A stretch of 29,629 bases of DNA. It comes from Myxococcota bacterium (GTDB lineage Bacteria > Myxococcota_A > UBA796 > GCA-2862545). The DNA lies in assembly GCA_039208735.1 (NCBI GenBank), contig JBCCQY010000110.1:1-29629 (forward strand), given 5' to 3'. Position numbers and translations under genes: made by a program. Positions 8,839 through 17,990 of this stretch are shown one piece after another. Numbering within the stretch: position 1 is the first letter of the stretch; every line of letters begins with the position of its first letter. Under the pieces are notes generated by a model, which saw nothing but the letters and a program-made list of their open reading frames with translations, had not been told where the DNA came from and did not search any database.

Positions 8839-8869
8839 ATCTGCTTTTCGGATTATCCCTTTGTTGGAT
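8839..8869. promoter_or_regulatory. Second pair of operator-like sites in an AT-rich putative promoter
   Basis: ATCTGCTTTTCGGAT 8839-8853 and ATCCCTTTGTTGGAT 8855-8869 each match 12/15 of ATCCGAWTGTCGGAT. Confidence 0.45.
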
Positions 8870-8905
8870 TTGATGCGCAGCGGCATCACGACATCGAGGT
8901 GCGAC

Positions 8906-9088
8906 ATGGCGCTCCGGATGTGGAGTTGGGGGGTGGGCCGAGCGCGTCTGCGCAGCGTGGCTCTGGTCAATGCCTCGAGTCCGCGAAGCGCCACCTTGGC
9001 GAGACGGCGAGCCTGGGAGGGGGAGCCTGCGCTTCTCGTCGCCAACCAGCGCAAGCAGAACGTCTTCACGCTGGTCTCCGCCCCATGA
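8906..9088 (+). CDS. Small hypothetical protein (60 aa)
   Basis: GAGGT RBS 5 nt before ATG 8906; its stop overlaps the next start (ATGA 9085-9088). No recognisable domain. Confidence 0.35.
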   Translation: MALRMWSWGVGRARLRSVALVNASSPRSATLARRRAWEGEPALLVANQRKQNVFTLVSAP

Positions 9089-9639
9089 TCCTCCGCTCCG
9101 TCAGTCGCCAACCGACACCATCCGACAGTGAGCTGGCAGATCATCCGCGGCCGGCGAGTGACGCTCGATGCATGCCGCTCGCCAAGCCCGCCCCGATGCT
9201 TCGCCGCTCCCCCGAACCCTCACCCTCTGTGGATGAGACGCAATCGCCCACCTCGCTCGAAGCCCGACGCCTTCCCGTCACCTCGCTCGCGGGGCCTGCG
9301 GAGTGGCGTTCCATGGCCAGCCGCATCCGACTCACCGTCGCCCATGTCGACGACGCGGGACCCGTGATCGTCGATGGGCCGATAGGCCCGGAGTGCCTCG
9401 TCGTCCTCTGGCCCTCCGTCGATGGCCGGCTGATCGAGCGCGCCGTGCTCGACGGGGAGCACGAGCTCCGTCGTTGGCGGCTCTCGCCCGCCGACGTCGA
9501 GCGCCTGGTCGAACTGGTCTCCGACTGGGACCTCGGTCGCCGCGATCTCATCGTGTCGGCCGCGGCCATCCGACCCTGTCGAGACACCCTGCGCGGCTCA
9601 CGGGTCTGGCCCGGTCATCGCCTGGCCAAGGCGGCTTAG
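9085..9639 (+). CDS. Hypothetical protein of the element
   Basis: Open frame converging on the integrase stop (4-bp overlap). ATG 9085 is coupled to the upstream ORF; an alternative ATG at 9313 (GGAG RBS) starts the more globular-looking last 108 aa. Confidence 0.45.
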   Translation: MILRSVSRQPTPSDSELADHPRPASDARCMPLAKPAPMLRRSPEPSPSVDETQSPTSLEARRLPVTSLAGPAEWRSMASRIRLTVAHVDDAGPVIVDGPIGPECLVVLWPSVDGRLIERAVLDGEHELRRWRLSPADVERLVELVSDWDLGRRDLIVSAAAIRPCRDTLRGSRVWPGHRLAKAA

Positions 9640-10838
9640 AAGTCGAACGCATCCAGCCGAGCGGCGAGATCCTGCGGTCGCGGCCGACAGTAGACCCGAC
9701 GAAACATCGCCGCATCCGTCCACCGACCCGTTCGCACTGCCGTGTCCTCGTCCACCCCCATCGCCCAGGCGATCGTCGCGAACGTGGCTCGCAGCAGGTA
9801 GGGCGTGACCGGACGCTCGATTCCCGCGCGCTGGGCGGCCATCGCGAGCGCTCGCTTGTACCCGCCGCGGCTCGCGTAGGGCGTCCCCTTCTTCCGCGAC
9901 GGGAAGACCACGCCATCCGGAGTCGGTCTCGGAACGGCGACCTCTCGCCACGCGAGGAGCGCCTTCGTCGCCAGCGGCGTCAGCCCGATCACGGCGGCCG
10001 ACGCCGTCGTCTTGGTGCCCCGGACGGACAAAACCCTCCGCTCGAGGTCGACGTCGGACCACCGCATCCGGACCAGCTCGCCAGGCCGCAGTCCCACCCC
10101 GGCCTGCACGCCCCACATCGCCCGGAACTTCGGCTCGCTCGCGTCCATCAACGCCTTCAGCTCGTCGAGGTCGAGGGGATCCACCTGCGGCTTCGCCCGC
10201 GTCGTCGCCCCCTTGATTCGGATGGCGGCCAGATCGGGCAGCGCGTCGATGTGCCGCTTCCGGTACGCATACTTGAGCAGCGCCCGAATCGCGTTGCGGT
10301 GGTGCACCTTGGTCTGCCCGCTGACCGGCTCGCCCTCGTTCGCGAGCGAGCAGTTGCGGCCCCCACGAATCACCCGCAGCCCGTCGAGGTAGTCCATCAC
10401 GTCCCGAGGATCGAGATCGCGCACGCGCACGCTGCCCAGCACCGGCAGGATTCGTGCCCAGTACTCCCGCTCCGTTGGCCAACTCTTGACCTGGTGCGCT
10501 CGCCACACCTGGTAGCTGCTGTTCTCGAAGTACGACCGCAGCGACATCCGGCCCCAGTCTGGCCCGAACTCGTCGAGCGCTGCCTTCGCCACGACCGGGT
10601 CCCCGACCACGTGCTCGACGAACCCCTCGTGATCGCGCTCGTACCACGACCACAGCAGCGACAGCCGGTCCGCGTCGTGCTCCGACTGCACGTAGTCCCG
10701 CGCCGTGTCCGCCTCTTCCCGCGTCACGTACCCGAGCCCGAGCTGCTTCCGGTTGTCCCGCGACCCGTAACGGAGTCGGAAGTAGGTACCGCCCGGCCGT
10801 TTCGAGGCGTCGACTCGCCATTGTCCGCGTATTGCCAA
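9636..10838 (-). CDS. int: Tyrosine recombinase / integrase
   Basis: GLRPGELVRMRWSDVD (Arg-I), GTKT (Lys), TPYLLRATFAT (His/Arg box variant) and GRWT...RRVY (Tyr). TTG start at 10838 has GGAGG 5 nt upstream; 400 aa; adjacent to the tRNA 3' end. Confidence 0.9.
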   Translation of the reverse strand: MAIRGQWRVDASKRPGGTYFRLRYGSRDNRKQLGLGYVTREEADTARDYVQSEHDADRLSLLWSWYERDHEGFVEHVVGDPVVAKAALDEFGPDWGRMSLRSYFENSSYQVWRAHQVKSWPTEREYWARILPVLGSVRVRDLDPRDVMDYLDGLRVIRGGRNCSLANEGEPVSGQTKVHHRNAIRALLKYAYRKRHIDALPDLAAIRIKGATTRAKPQVDPLDLDELKALMDASEPKFRAMWGVQAGVGLRPGELVRMRWSDVDLERRVLSVRGTKTTASAAVIGLTPLATKALLAWREVAVPRPTPDGVVFPSRKKGTPYASRGGYKRALAMAAQRAGIERPVTPYLLRATFATIAWAMGVDEDTAVRTGRWTDAAMFRRVYCRPRPQDLAARLDAFDF

Positions 10839-10884
10839 CCGGACCTCCCCGGAGCTCCGTCGAGCTCCCGAGAAGCCACTATCT

Positions 10885-10903
10885 TGTGCCCCCCGGGGGC
10901 ACA
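10885..10903. repeat. Putative arm-type sites, inverted pair TGTGCCCCC-C-GGGGGCACA
   Basis: Same 9-mer as at 104-122, lying between the tRNA 3' end and the int start. Confidence 0.65.
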
Positions 10904-10944
10904 TTGCCAGCGAATGTCCGCCGGTCGATTGTTGGGTTCGAAAG

Positions 10945-11021
<77 letters not shown>

Positions 11022-11125
11022 GACGAGCAAGCCATAACGGTTGTCGACTCGGCGAGCCAATCCCCCACCGACCTCACCCGTTTCCGCCGTCGTGATACCC
11101 CCGCACGGCGGGAAAGGAGACGTCG

Positions 11126-12373
11126 ATGAGGGGCTTTGAACTGGGTACCGTCACGGTGGGGCTCTTGGCCTTCGCCTGGGTCAGCAACGCCTGCCGCATG
11201 GCGAACGACCCCATGGTCGATTCCGGCTCGATGCCTGTCGTGGCCACCGGCTGCGTGGCAACGAAGGCCCCACGCTTCGTCGATCGCACGGATGACCAGC
11301 TGCCCGAACTCACGCGGTTCTGTATGGACGCCCAGCCCTTCGATGCCGACGGTGATGGCGATCTTGACCTCTTCCTCGCCCAGGAGTTCGTCGAAAACGT
11401 CCTGCTGATCAACGACGGCACGGGCACCTTCACCGACGTGAGCGACGCCCGACTCCCCCGCGCCCGCCGCGATAGCGAAGACATTGCGATCATCGACTTC
11501 AATGGCGATGAACATTCCGACGTCTTCATCGTTAGCGAAGACGATCGGACCAATGAACTCTACCTCAACGATGGAACTGGCACCTTCACCGACGACAGTG
11601 CGTCCATCCCCGTCGAAGGCCGGTCCAATGGGGTTGTCGCCATCCCCCTCGACGATGACGCCACTCCCGACCTCGTCATCGGCAATGCCGGCCTCAACAC
11701 GGCACTGCTCTCGGCGTTGCCCCTCGTCGACGTCACAACGCAACGCCTCCCCGACCAAACCGACACCACCCAGGACCTTGAAGCGGGTGACGTCGATGGC
11801 GACGGTGACTTCGACCTCATCGTGGCCAACGAGTCCGACAACGTCCTGTGGCGCAACGACGGCACGGGCACGTTCACGGCGGAACCATCTGCCATTGCCC
11901 TTCGCGCAAGCCCTGAAGAGACGCGCGAAGCCGAACTCGGCGACGTCGATGGCGATGGTGATCTCGACTTGGTCTTCGCCAACATCCAGGTGTTCGTGGC
12001 TCAAGCGGATCGCGCCAACCGCCTACTTATCAACGACGGAACCGGCCAGTTCACCGACGCTCCCGACGGAGCCCTCCCGAGCGACAATGACGACACGTTC
12101 GATGTCGAACTCTTCGACCTCGACGCGGATGGCGACCTCGACTTGGTGACCGCCAACCTCGACCAACTCTCTGGGGGCGGCGGGGAGCGCTACCGTGTGT
12201 ATGAAAACGATGGCCAAGGAATGTTTACCGAGGCCACGAACACGTTTTTCGACCGATCCGTCCGCGGCAACGGCTTCGACATTGAAGTGGCCGACTTCAG
12301 CGGAGATGGCCGTCCTGACCTCTACCTGTGCAGCCGCGGCGGCCAGGACCGACTCCTCATTGCCCAACCGTGA
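11126..12373 (+). CDS. Secreted FG-GAP/VCBS repeat (integrin-like beta-propeller) protein
   Basis: AAGGAG RBS, N-terminal hydrophobic segment, and about seven DxDGDGDxD-type repeats followed by NDGTGxF motifs. Confidence 0.85.
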   Translation: MRGFELGTVTVGLLAFAWVSNACRMANDPMVDSGSMPVVATGCVATKAPRFVDRTDDQLPELTRFCMDAQPFDADGDGDLDLFLAQEFVENVLLINDGTGTFTDVSDARLPRARRDSEDIAIIDFNGDEHSDVFIVSEDDRTNELYLNDGTGTFTDDSASIPVEGRSNGVVAIPLDDDATPDLVIGNAGLNTALLSALPLVDVTTQRLPDQTDTTQDLEAGDVDGDGDFDLIVANESDNVLWRNDGTGTFTAEPSAIALRASPEETREAELGDVDGDGDLDLVFANIQVFVAQADRANRLLINDGTGQFTDAPDGALPSDNDDTFDVELFDLDADGDLDLVTANLDQLSGGGGERYRVYENDGQGMFTEATNTFFDRSVRGNGFDIEVADFSGDGRPDLYLCSRGGQDRLLIAQP

Positions 12374-12558
12374 CCGCCCCTGCGGGGCCCGACATTTCTT
12401 CGTGGACAACGTCGAGTTGTACTGCGTGCCTTTCTACGTTCGACGACATCGAGGGTCGGTGCAGGTGGTGCGCCAGGATTCACGTTTGATAGGGACCCTG
12501 GACCACCAATGCCGCTCTCAAACCCCACGATGTCGTCGTTGGGACTGCCGTCTACAAA

Positions 12559-13722
12559 TCAGTGACGGCGGCGCGTGCTGACCAAGCCGAGGAGGAGCAA
12601 CGCGCCCAGGCCAGCCCCTGCAGGTGATGCCGATGAGCATCCGCAACCCGTCTCGCTGTCGATGGGTTCGGGCTCGGGCTCGGGCTCTTCCGTCGGATCG
12701 GGCTTCTTCTTTTCGTCAGGGTCGCAGATGTCGGGGTCTTTCGTGCCTGCGCAGACCCCGGCGTCGCAAACGTCGTTGACCGTGCACTTGTCACCGTCGT
12801 CGCACATCCCGCCCTCATTGGCAGCCATCGGTTCGCACATGCCGGTTGCGACGCTGTAGTTGCCCATGTTGCAGGCATCGTACACCGCGGTGCAGTCCAC
12901 CCCGAAGTTTGCGATCTGGTCCCACTGTTCCTGGGTCATGCACTGGAACACGTTGGGCGGCAGCGCCACGAGTTCGGCGGCCTTGGCTACCGCTTCGGGG
13001 TTGGTCGGCACCCCGCTCACGAGGTTCATGATGGCGCGGGTTTCTCCAGCGCCCACCGTGAACTCGTACGACCATTCCGGATTGTCGTCACCGTCGGTGA
13101 ACGTCACCACGTTGGCCGAGATCGCGCCGTCACGGTTGCCGAGCACATGGGCGAGCCTTGGATCGTCGTAGTCTCCGCCCGTGGCCACCCAGTGGTCGGT
13201 GGTGTCGCCCTTCGTATCACCGCTTTCCGAACCGAGAATTTCCGTCGAACCATCGGAACCGAGGTTGTTCACGACCTCCATCGTGACCGTGGCGTCTTTC
13301 GTACCGTTGTTGGTCACAAACGTGATCCACCGCGCGAACGCGTCGTTGTCAGGTACGTACACCCGACGGGACACCGTCAGATCGCCAATCGTCTGCGGGT
13401 TGAGCACCACGTCCCGGCCCTTGCACTCCAGGGTGGCGTCGCCATTGTTCGTGTAGGTCGTGCCGTCGATGATCACGCCGTTGTAGCCGTCGAATGCGTC
13501 CCCAAGGGTGCTCGACGTTGTCGCTCCACTCGTGGTCGTCGTTGGAACGGCCTGGGTGTAGCTCGCTTCCGACGCGGCGCCCGAGGCGGACGACGAGGAG
13601 TAGGTGACATCATCATTGATGTAGTAGGTGAGTCCTGAACCATCGACGAGGTCAACGGTTGCAAAGGCCGGTGTGGTCAACCCCAACACCAAGCCAAACG
13701 GGATGAGCTGCCGAAGCCGCAT
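12559..13722 (-). CDS. Exported protein with a MYXO-CTERM sorting signal
   Basis: Signal peptide, Cys-rich CDDGDKCTVNDVCDAGVC repeat, PE linker, and C-terminal GCGCSS + hydrophobic helix + RRRH; GGAGG RBS. Confidence 0.85.
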   Translation of the reverse strand: MRLRQLIPFGLVLGLTTPAFATVDLVDGSGLTYYINDDVTYSSSSASGAASEASYTQAVPTTTTSGATTSSTLGDAFDGYNGVIIDGTTYTNNGDATLECKGRDVVLNPQTIGDLTVSRRVYVPDNDAFARWITFVTNNGTKDATVTMEVVNNLGSDGSTEILGSESGDTKGDTTDHWVATGGDYDDPRLAHVLGNRDGAISANVVTFTDGDDNPEWSYEFTVGAGETRAIMNLVSGVPTNPEAVAKAAELVALPPNVFQCMTQEQWDQIANFGVDCTAVYDACNMGNYSVATGMCEPMAANEGGMCDDGDKCTVNDVCDAGVCAGTKDPDICDPDEKKKPDPTEEPEPEPEPIDSETGCGCSSASPAGAGLGALLLLGLVSTRRRH

Positions 13723-13827
13723 ATGCGAATCCTCCGATACGAGCAGTTCTCTCTGAATTCAAGTTTTGAACTTGAGCTTGCGCTGTCGCGTTAGTTGCCC
13801 GTATCGGCATGTCAGAGGTTGACACAA

Positions 13828-15942
13828 ATGCAAAGCTGGCTCGTCTTGATGATTGCGGCGGGATGCTCTCGTCCCGAGGCCCCCCCTCCCAACGTCCTGC
13901 TCGTGACGTTGGACACCACTCGCGCGGATCGCATCGGAGCCTACGGGTTTCCGCTTGCGCAAACGCCCACCCTGGATCGGCTGGCCAAGGAGGGTGCGCT
14001 GTTCGAGCGTCACACGACGACCGCGCCGATCACGTTGCCCGCGCACATTTCGATTCTCACGGGGCTGCTGCCGCCCACCCATGGTGTCCGGGACAATGGC
14101 GCCTATGCGCTATCGCGCGACGTCGTGACGCTTCCCGAGCACCTCGCGGCCCACGGGTACGAAACCCGGGCCTGGGTTTCCGCAGCCGTGCTCGACGGGC
14201 GATACGATCTCGACCAGGGCTTCATGAGCTACGACGATGATCTGTCGTCGCAAGACACGCCGCCCATGTTCCTCATTCGCGAGCGCCCGGGTCACCAGAC
14301 CGCGACCGAGGTGGTGCGCTTCATCGAAGAACGCGATTCGGAAGCACCGTTCTTCGCGTGGATGCACCTGTTCGATCCGCATTTGCCTTGGCAGCCAGAC
14401 CCACGCACCCGTCCCCTGGCGCCCACTGGCTACGATGCCGAGATCGCCACCGCGGACCTTGCTTTGGGTCGCGTAATCGAGGCGCTAAGACGGACGAACA
14501 CGCTGCACGACACGCTGGTCGTGGTCACCGCAGACCACGGTGAAGGCCTTGGTGAGCATGGGGAGCGGACGCACGCGGTGTTCATCTACGACTCCACGAT
14601 GCACGTGCCGTTGGTGGTGCGCCACCCGGCCACGATTCCACCGGGCACTCGTATCGAGACGCCGACCAGTGCCGTCGACCTCGTGCCCACCATTCTCGCC
14701 ACCCTCGACCTGCCCCCCCTCGATACCCAGGGCCTCGATCTCAACCCGCTCATCGCGGGAGGGTCGTTTCCCCCACGCGATCTGTACATGGAGTCGCTGC
14801 TCTCGGAGCGGGGATTCGGTATGGCGCCTCTGCACGGGCTTCGCCGCGGTGACCAAGTGTGGATCCGGGCTCCTCGGGCGGAGCGCTACAACACCACCGC
14901 GGATCCCCGGCAGCACCACAACCTGCATCCGGATGCTCCGGTCCCTGGCTCCGAACTCGATGCTGCGCTGACGAAGGTGATCGCAAGGGCCGAGGCCCGC
15001 TCGGTGGCCGCGGTCGAAAACCCGATGAGCACCGAAACGAAAGACATGCTCATGGCACTTGGGTACCTCACCGAGGACCACGACCGTCGGGGGGTTGCAG
15101 GCCTCGATCCCAAGGATGGACTTCCGTTGCACAACCTGCTCGAGGACGCTCGGCACGCGGTGCGACGTCATGAATTGGAGGCGGCGGAAGGCCATCTGAA
15201 GGCGCTGCTCGATCAGGTGCCGGAGCACGTCTCGGCCTTGAACGTCTATGCGCTGGTCCGGCTGCATCAGGAGCGCTACGACGATGCCGAGGCGTTCTAT
15301 CGGGAATCTCTGCGCATCGACGCCCAGCAGTACCGAGTCCTGCAGGCGTTGGCGCGGCTCGCGGCCCGACGAAACGATCCATCCGCCGCCAGAGCGCTGT
15401 TGCATCAAGCCCTCGCCGTCACCCCGGACTACGTCGAGGGCATGGTGCTGCTCGGTGTTCTGGCGTTCAAGGAAGGAAATCGGGCGGAGGCGGAACGGTG
15501 GCATCAGAAGGCTCTGGCGGTCGATCCGACCTCTCCGCGGATGTGGAGGGCTTTGGCCGATCTTCGGTATCGCGAGGGTCGATGGACCGATGCGCGTGGC
15601 CTGTATGAACGGGTCACGACGGCCAATCCAAAGGACTTCGAAGCCTGGCTTCACACAGGAGTTTCGGCCCTTCGCATGCACGACCACGGGAAGGCTCGGG
15701 AGGCGACGCATCGGGCTCAGACCCTTCGTCCTGATTCCTGGCTCCCCGCCTACAACTTGGCTTGCATTGAGGCCATGGCGGGTCGAGCGGAAGAAGCCCT
15801 TCAGCATCTCGACCTTGCGACCCAGCACGGCCTACGTCAGCCCCGGCAGCTCACCGAGGACCCCGACTTGGCCACGCTTCGCGGTCGTCCAGATTTCAAC
15901 GCCCTGCTCGCGCGCATGACGACCCCCCAGGCGCCCCGCTAG
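13828..15942 (+). CDS. Sulfatase-like hydrolase/transferase (AlkP superfamily) with C-terminal TPR repeats; probable lipoprotein
   Basis: PNVLLVTLDTTRAD, TLPAH (Thr-type nucleophile motif), DPH, TADHGE and LxALGY, then TPR helices. Lipobox-like IAAGC; ATG 13828 follows GAGG. Confidence 0.87.
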   Translation: MQSWLVLMIAAGCSRPEAPPPNVLLVTLDTTRADRIGAYGFPLAQTPTLDRLAKEGALFERHTTTAPITLPAHISILTGLLPPTHGVRDNGAYALSRDVVTLPEHLAAHGYETRAWVSAAVLDGRYDLDQGFMSYDDDLSSQDTPPMFLIRERPGHQTATEVVRFIEERDSEAPFFAWMHLFDPHLPWQPDPRTRPLAPTGYDAEIATADLALGRVIEALRRTNTLHDTLVVVTADHGEGLGEHGERTHAVFIYDSTMHVPLVVRHPATIPPGTRIETPTSAVDLVPTILATLDLPPLDTQGLDLNPLIAGGSFPPRDLYMESLLSERGFGMAPLHGLRRGDQVWIRAPRAERYNTTADPRQHHNLHPDAPVPGSELDAALTKVIARAEARSVAAVENPMSTETKDMLMALGYLTEDHDRRGVAGLDPKDGLPLHNLLEDARHAVRRHELEAAEGHLKALLDQVPEHVSALNVYALVRLHQERYDDAEAFYRESLRIDAQQYRVLQALARLAARRNDPSAARALLHQALAVTPDYVEGMVLLGVLAFKEGNRAEAERWHQKALAVDPTSPRMWRALADLRYREGRWTDARGLYERVTTANPKDFEAWLHTGVSALRMHDHGKAREATHRAQTLRPDSWLPAYNLACIEAMAGRAEEALQHLDLATQHGLRQPRQLTEDPDLATLRGRPDFNALLARMTTPQAPR

Positions 15943-15997
15943 AACGCGTGGGGTCGCGTCTGCTACGGTCCCTGCTCCACGTTGCGACGGAGGAGCA

Positions 15998-17383
15998 GTG
16001 GCAACCATTCCGCAGGACGAAGGCCGAGGGAACTTCGGTTCGCTCATCGGATTCGTGATGGCGGGAGCCGGATCGGCGATCGGGCTCGGCAACATCTGGC
16101 GATTCCCCTACATGACGGGCGAGAGCGGTGGCGCAGCCTTCCTGCTCGTCTACCTCGGTTTCGTGGCCCTCATTGGGGTGCCGGTCCTCTACGCGGAACT
16201 GGCCATGGGGCGGGCAAGCCAGCGCAACCCCGTCGGGGCGTTCGCGGTGCTCGGTCCTAAGGGCAACAACCCGTGGGCCTGGGTCGGCGGCTTGGGGGTG
16301 GTCACGGGCTTCGCGATCCTCGCGTTCTACAGCGTGGTGGCGGGCTGGACGCTTGGCTACGTGGCGATGGCGGTATCGGGGCAGTTCTCGGGTGGCGTCA
16401 CGCCCGAAGAGAGCGGCAACCTCTTCGGAGGTCTCGTCTCGAACCCCTTACTCGCGTCGGGCCTCACTGCACTCTTCTTGGTGCTGACGGCGTTGGTGGT
16501 GCGTGGGGGCGTTCAGAAGGGCATCGAACGGGCCACCTCCATCCTCATGCCGGTCTTTCTCGTGCTGCTGGTGCTCTTGGCGATTCGTTCGGTGACCTTG
16601 CCGGGGGCTCTGCAAGGGGTCGAGTTCCTGTTTTTGCCTGACTTTTCAAAAATCACGCACATTGTGGTCGTGAAGGCGTTGGGTCAGGCCTTGTTCAGCC
16701 TGTCGCTCGGCATGGGAGCGATGATCACCTACGGCTCGTACCTCGACCGCAAAAGCAGCCTGCCGTTTGCTGGGGCGACCGTCGCGCTCTTCGATACCGC
16801 CATCGCCGTGCTGGCCGGTCTCATCATCTTCCCTGCGCTGTTTTCGGCTGGCGTGGACCCCAGTGGCGGAGCCGGGCTCGTCTTCGTGGTCATGCCTACG
16901 ATCTTCGAAGCGATGCCGCTGGGCGACGTCTTCGCGGTGGCCTTCTATGTCTTGCTCGCGACGGCGGCGCTCACGTCAACGGTGAGCCTCCTCGAGGTCA
17001 TTGTGTCCTACCTTGTGGATGAACGTGGCATGAGCCGAGAAACCGCCGTTTGGGCGACCACCGCAGCCTGCTTGGTCCTCGCCATTCCTTCCGCGCTGGC
17101 GCAGGGTGCGGTGGGCTTCTTCTCGTCGTTGCCCGGGTTGGAGATCAGCTTCCTCGATCTGCAGAACAATCTTTGGGGCAACTACTCCCTTTCGATCGGC
17201 GCGCTGTTGATGTGCCTGTTCACGGGTTGGGTGTGGGGCGTTCAGCCGGCTCTCGAGGAGATGGAAGCGTCCGGCGACGGGCTGCCGTTGGGCGGGCTGT
17301 GGGGCTTTCTCGTACGCGTGGTGTGCCCCTTGGCCATCGCCGGGTTGCTCGTCTACATCACCGTGACCGGCGACTTCTTCTAA
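15998..17383 (+). CDS. Sodium-dependent transporter, NSS/SNF family
   Basis: GSAIGLGNIWRFPY, GGAAFLLVY and GQALFSLSLGMGAMITYGSY signatures; many TM helices; GGAGG RBS. Confidence 0.93.
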   Translation: MATIPQDEGRGNFGSLIGFVMAGAGSAIGLGNIWRFPYMTGESGGAAFLLVYLGFVALIGVPVLYAELAMGRASQRNPVGAFAVLGPKGNNPWAWVGGLGVVTGFAILAFYSVVAGWTLGYVAMAVSGQFSGGVTPEESGNLFGGLVSNPLLASGLTALFLVLTALVVRGGVQKGIERATSILMPVFLVLLVLLAIRSVTLPGALQGVEFLFLPDFSKITHIVVVKALGQALFSLSLGMGAMITYGSYLDRKSSLPFAGATVALFDTAIAVLAGLIIFPALFSAGVDPSGGAGLVFVVMPTIFEAMPLGDVFAVAFYVLLATAALTSTVSLLEVIVSYLVDERGMSRETAVWATTAACLVLAIPSALAQGAVGFFSSLPGLEISFLDLQNNLWGNYSLSIGALLMCLFTGWVWGVQPALEEMEASGDGLPLGGLWGFLVRVVCPLAIAGLLVYITVTGDFF

Positions 17384-17424
17384 ATGGTTTCGCAAGCCGG
17401 GGTCATCGCGTGGCTGATCCGATC

Positions 17425-17449
17425 GGAACCTTTGCGGGGGTCGTGCGTA
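17425..17449 (+). promoter_or_regulatory. Putative autoregulatory ECF sigma promoter
   Basis: GGAAC (17425-17429) - N16 - CGTA (17446-17449), immediately upstream of the ECF sigma gene. Confidence 0.55.
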
Positions 17450-17459
17450 GGGGCTCTTG

Positions 17460-17990
17460 ATGACGCTCACCCCCGACCGACTCCGACGTGCCACCGCCGG
17501 CGACCCGCAAGCGCGGATGGCCATCGTCGACGCCCATGGACCCTGGGTCTACGCCCTATGCCGCCGCCTGTGTCCCGACGCGGATGACGCCTACCAAGAG
17601 GTCTGGGTGCGGGTGTTTGGCGCCCTCGACCGTTTCGACGCCCAAGCTGCGTTGCGACTGCGCCCTTGGATCGGTACGATCGCCCGGCGGCATCTGATCG
17701 ATCGCCACCGCAGAGCCCGGGTGCTCGGCGTCGCCGAGCCACCCGATGCGCTACCCGATCCTGGCCCTTCCCCCGATCGTCTGGCCCATCGTGCAGAGCT
17801 GCGAGAACAGATCGATGATGCGCTCTCGAAACTGCCGTTTGAACAGCGGGCGGCGGTGGTGCTTCACGATGTCCATGGGGTGCCGCTGGCTACGCTTGCC
17901 GAGGACCATGGGGTGGCCCTGGGCACGATCAAATCTCGTCTCCATCGCGGCCGGGCCAGGCTGGCCGCCCTGCTCCGGAGCCTCCAGTGA
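17460..17990 (+). CDS. ECF RNA polymerase sigma-70 factor
   Basis: Region 2 (DADDAYQEVW...WIGTIARRHLID) and region 4 (LPFEQRAAVVL...GTIKSRLHRGR); about 176 aa. Confidence 0.92.
   Translation: MTLTPDRLRRATAGDPQARMAIVDAHGPWVYALCRRLCPDADDAYQEVWVRVFGALDRFDAQAALRLRPWIGTIARRHLIDRHRRARVLGVAEPPDALPDPGPSPDRLAHRAELREQIDDALSKLPFEQRAAVVLHDVHGVPLATLAEDHGVALGTIKSRLHRGRARLAALLRSLQ

Noticed and set aside
8686..9144. 152-aa minus-strand ORF
   Set aside because: No convincing RBS or domain; it conflicts with better-signalled plus-strand ORFs.
11330..12330. Recurring gacgtcgatggcgatggtgat-like DNA repeats as a CRISPR or tandem array
   Set aside because: Degenerate, irregularly spaced and explained by FG-GAP protein repeats; no cas genes.
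12374..12558. Calling the intergenic hairpin 6S or SRP RNA
   Set aside because: It lacks recognisable conserved motifs and the usual gene context; kept only as an unassigned structure.
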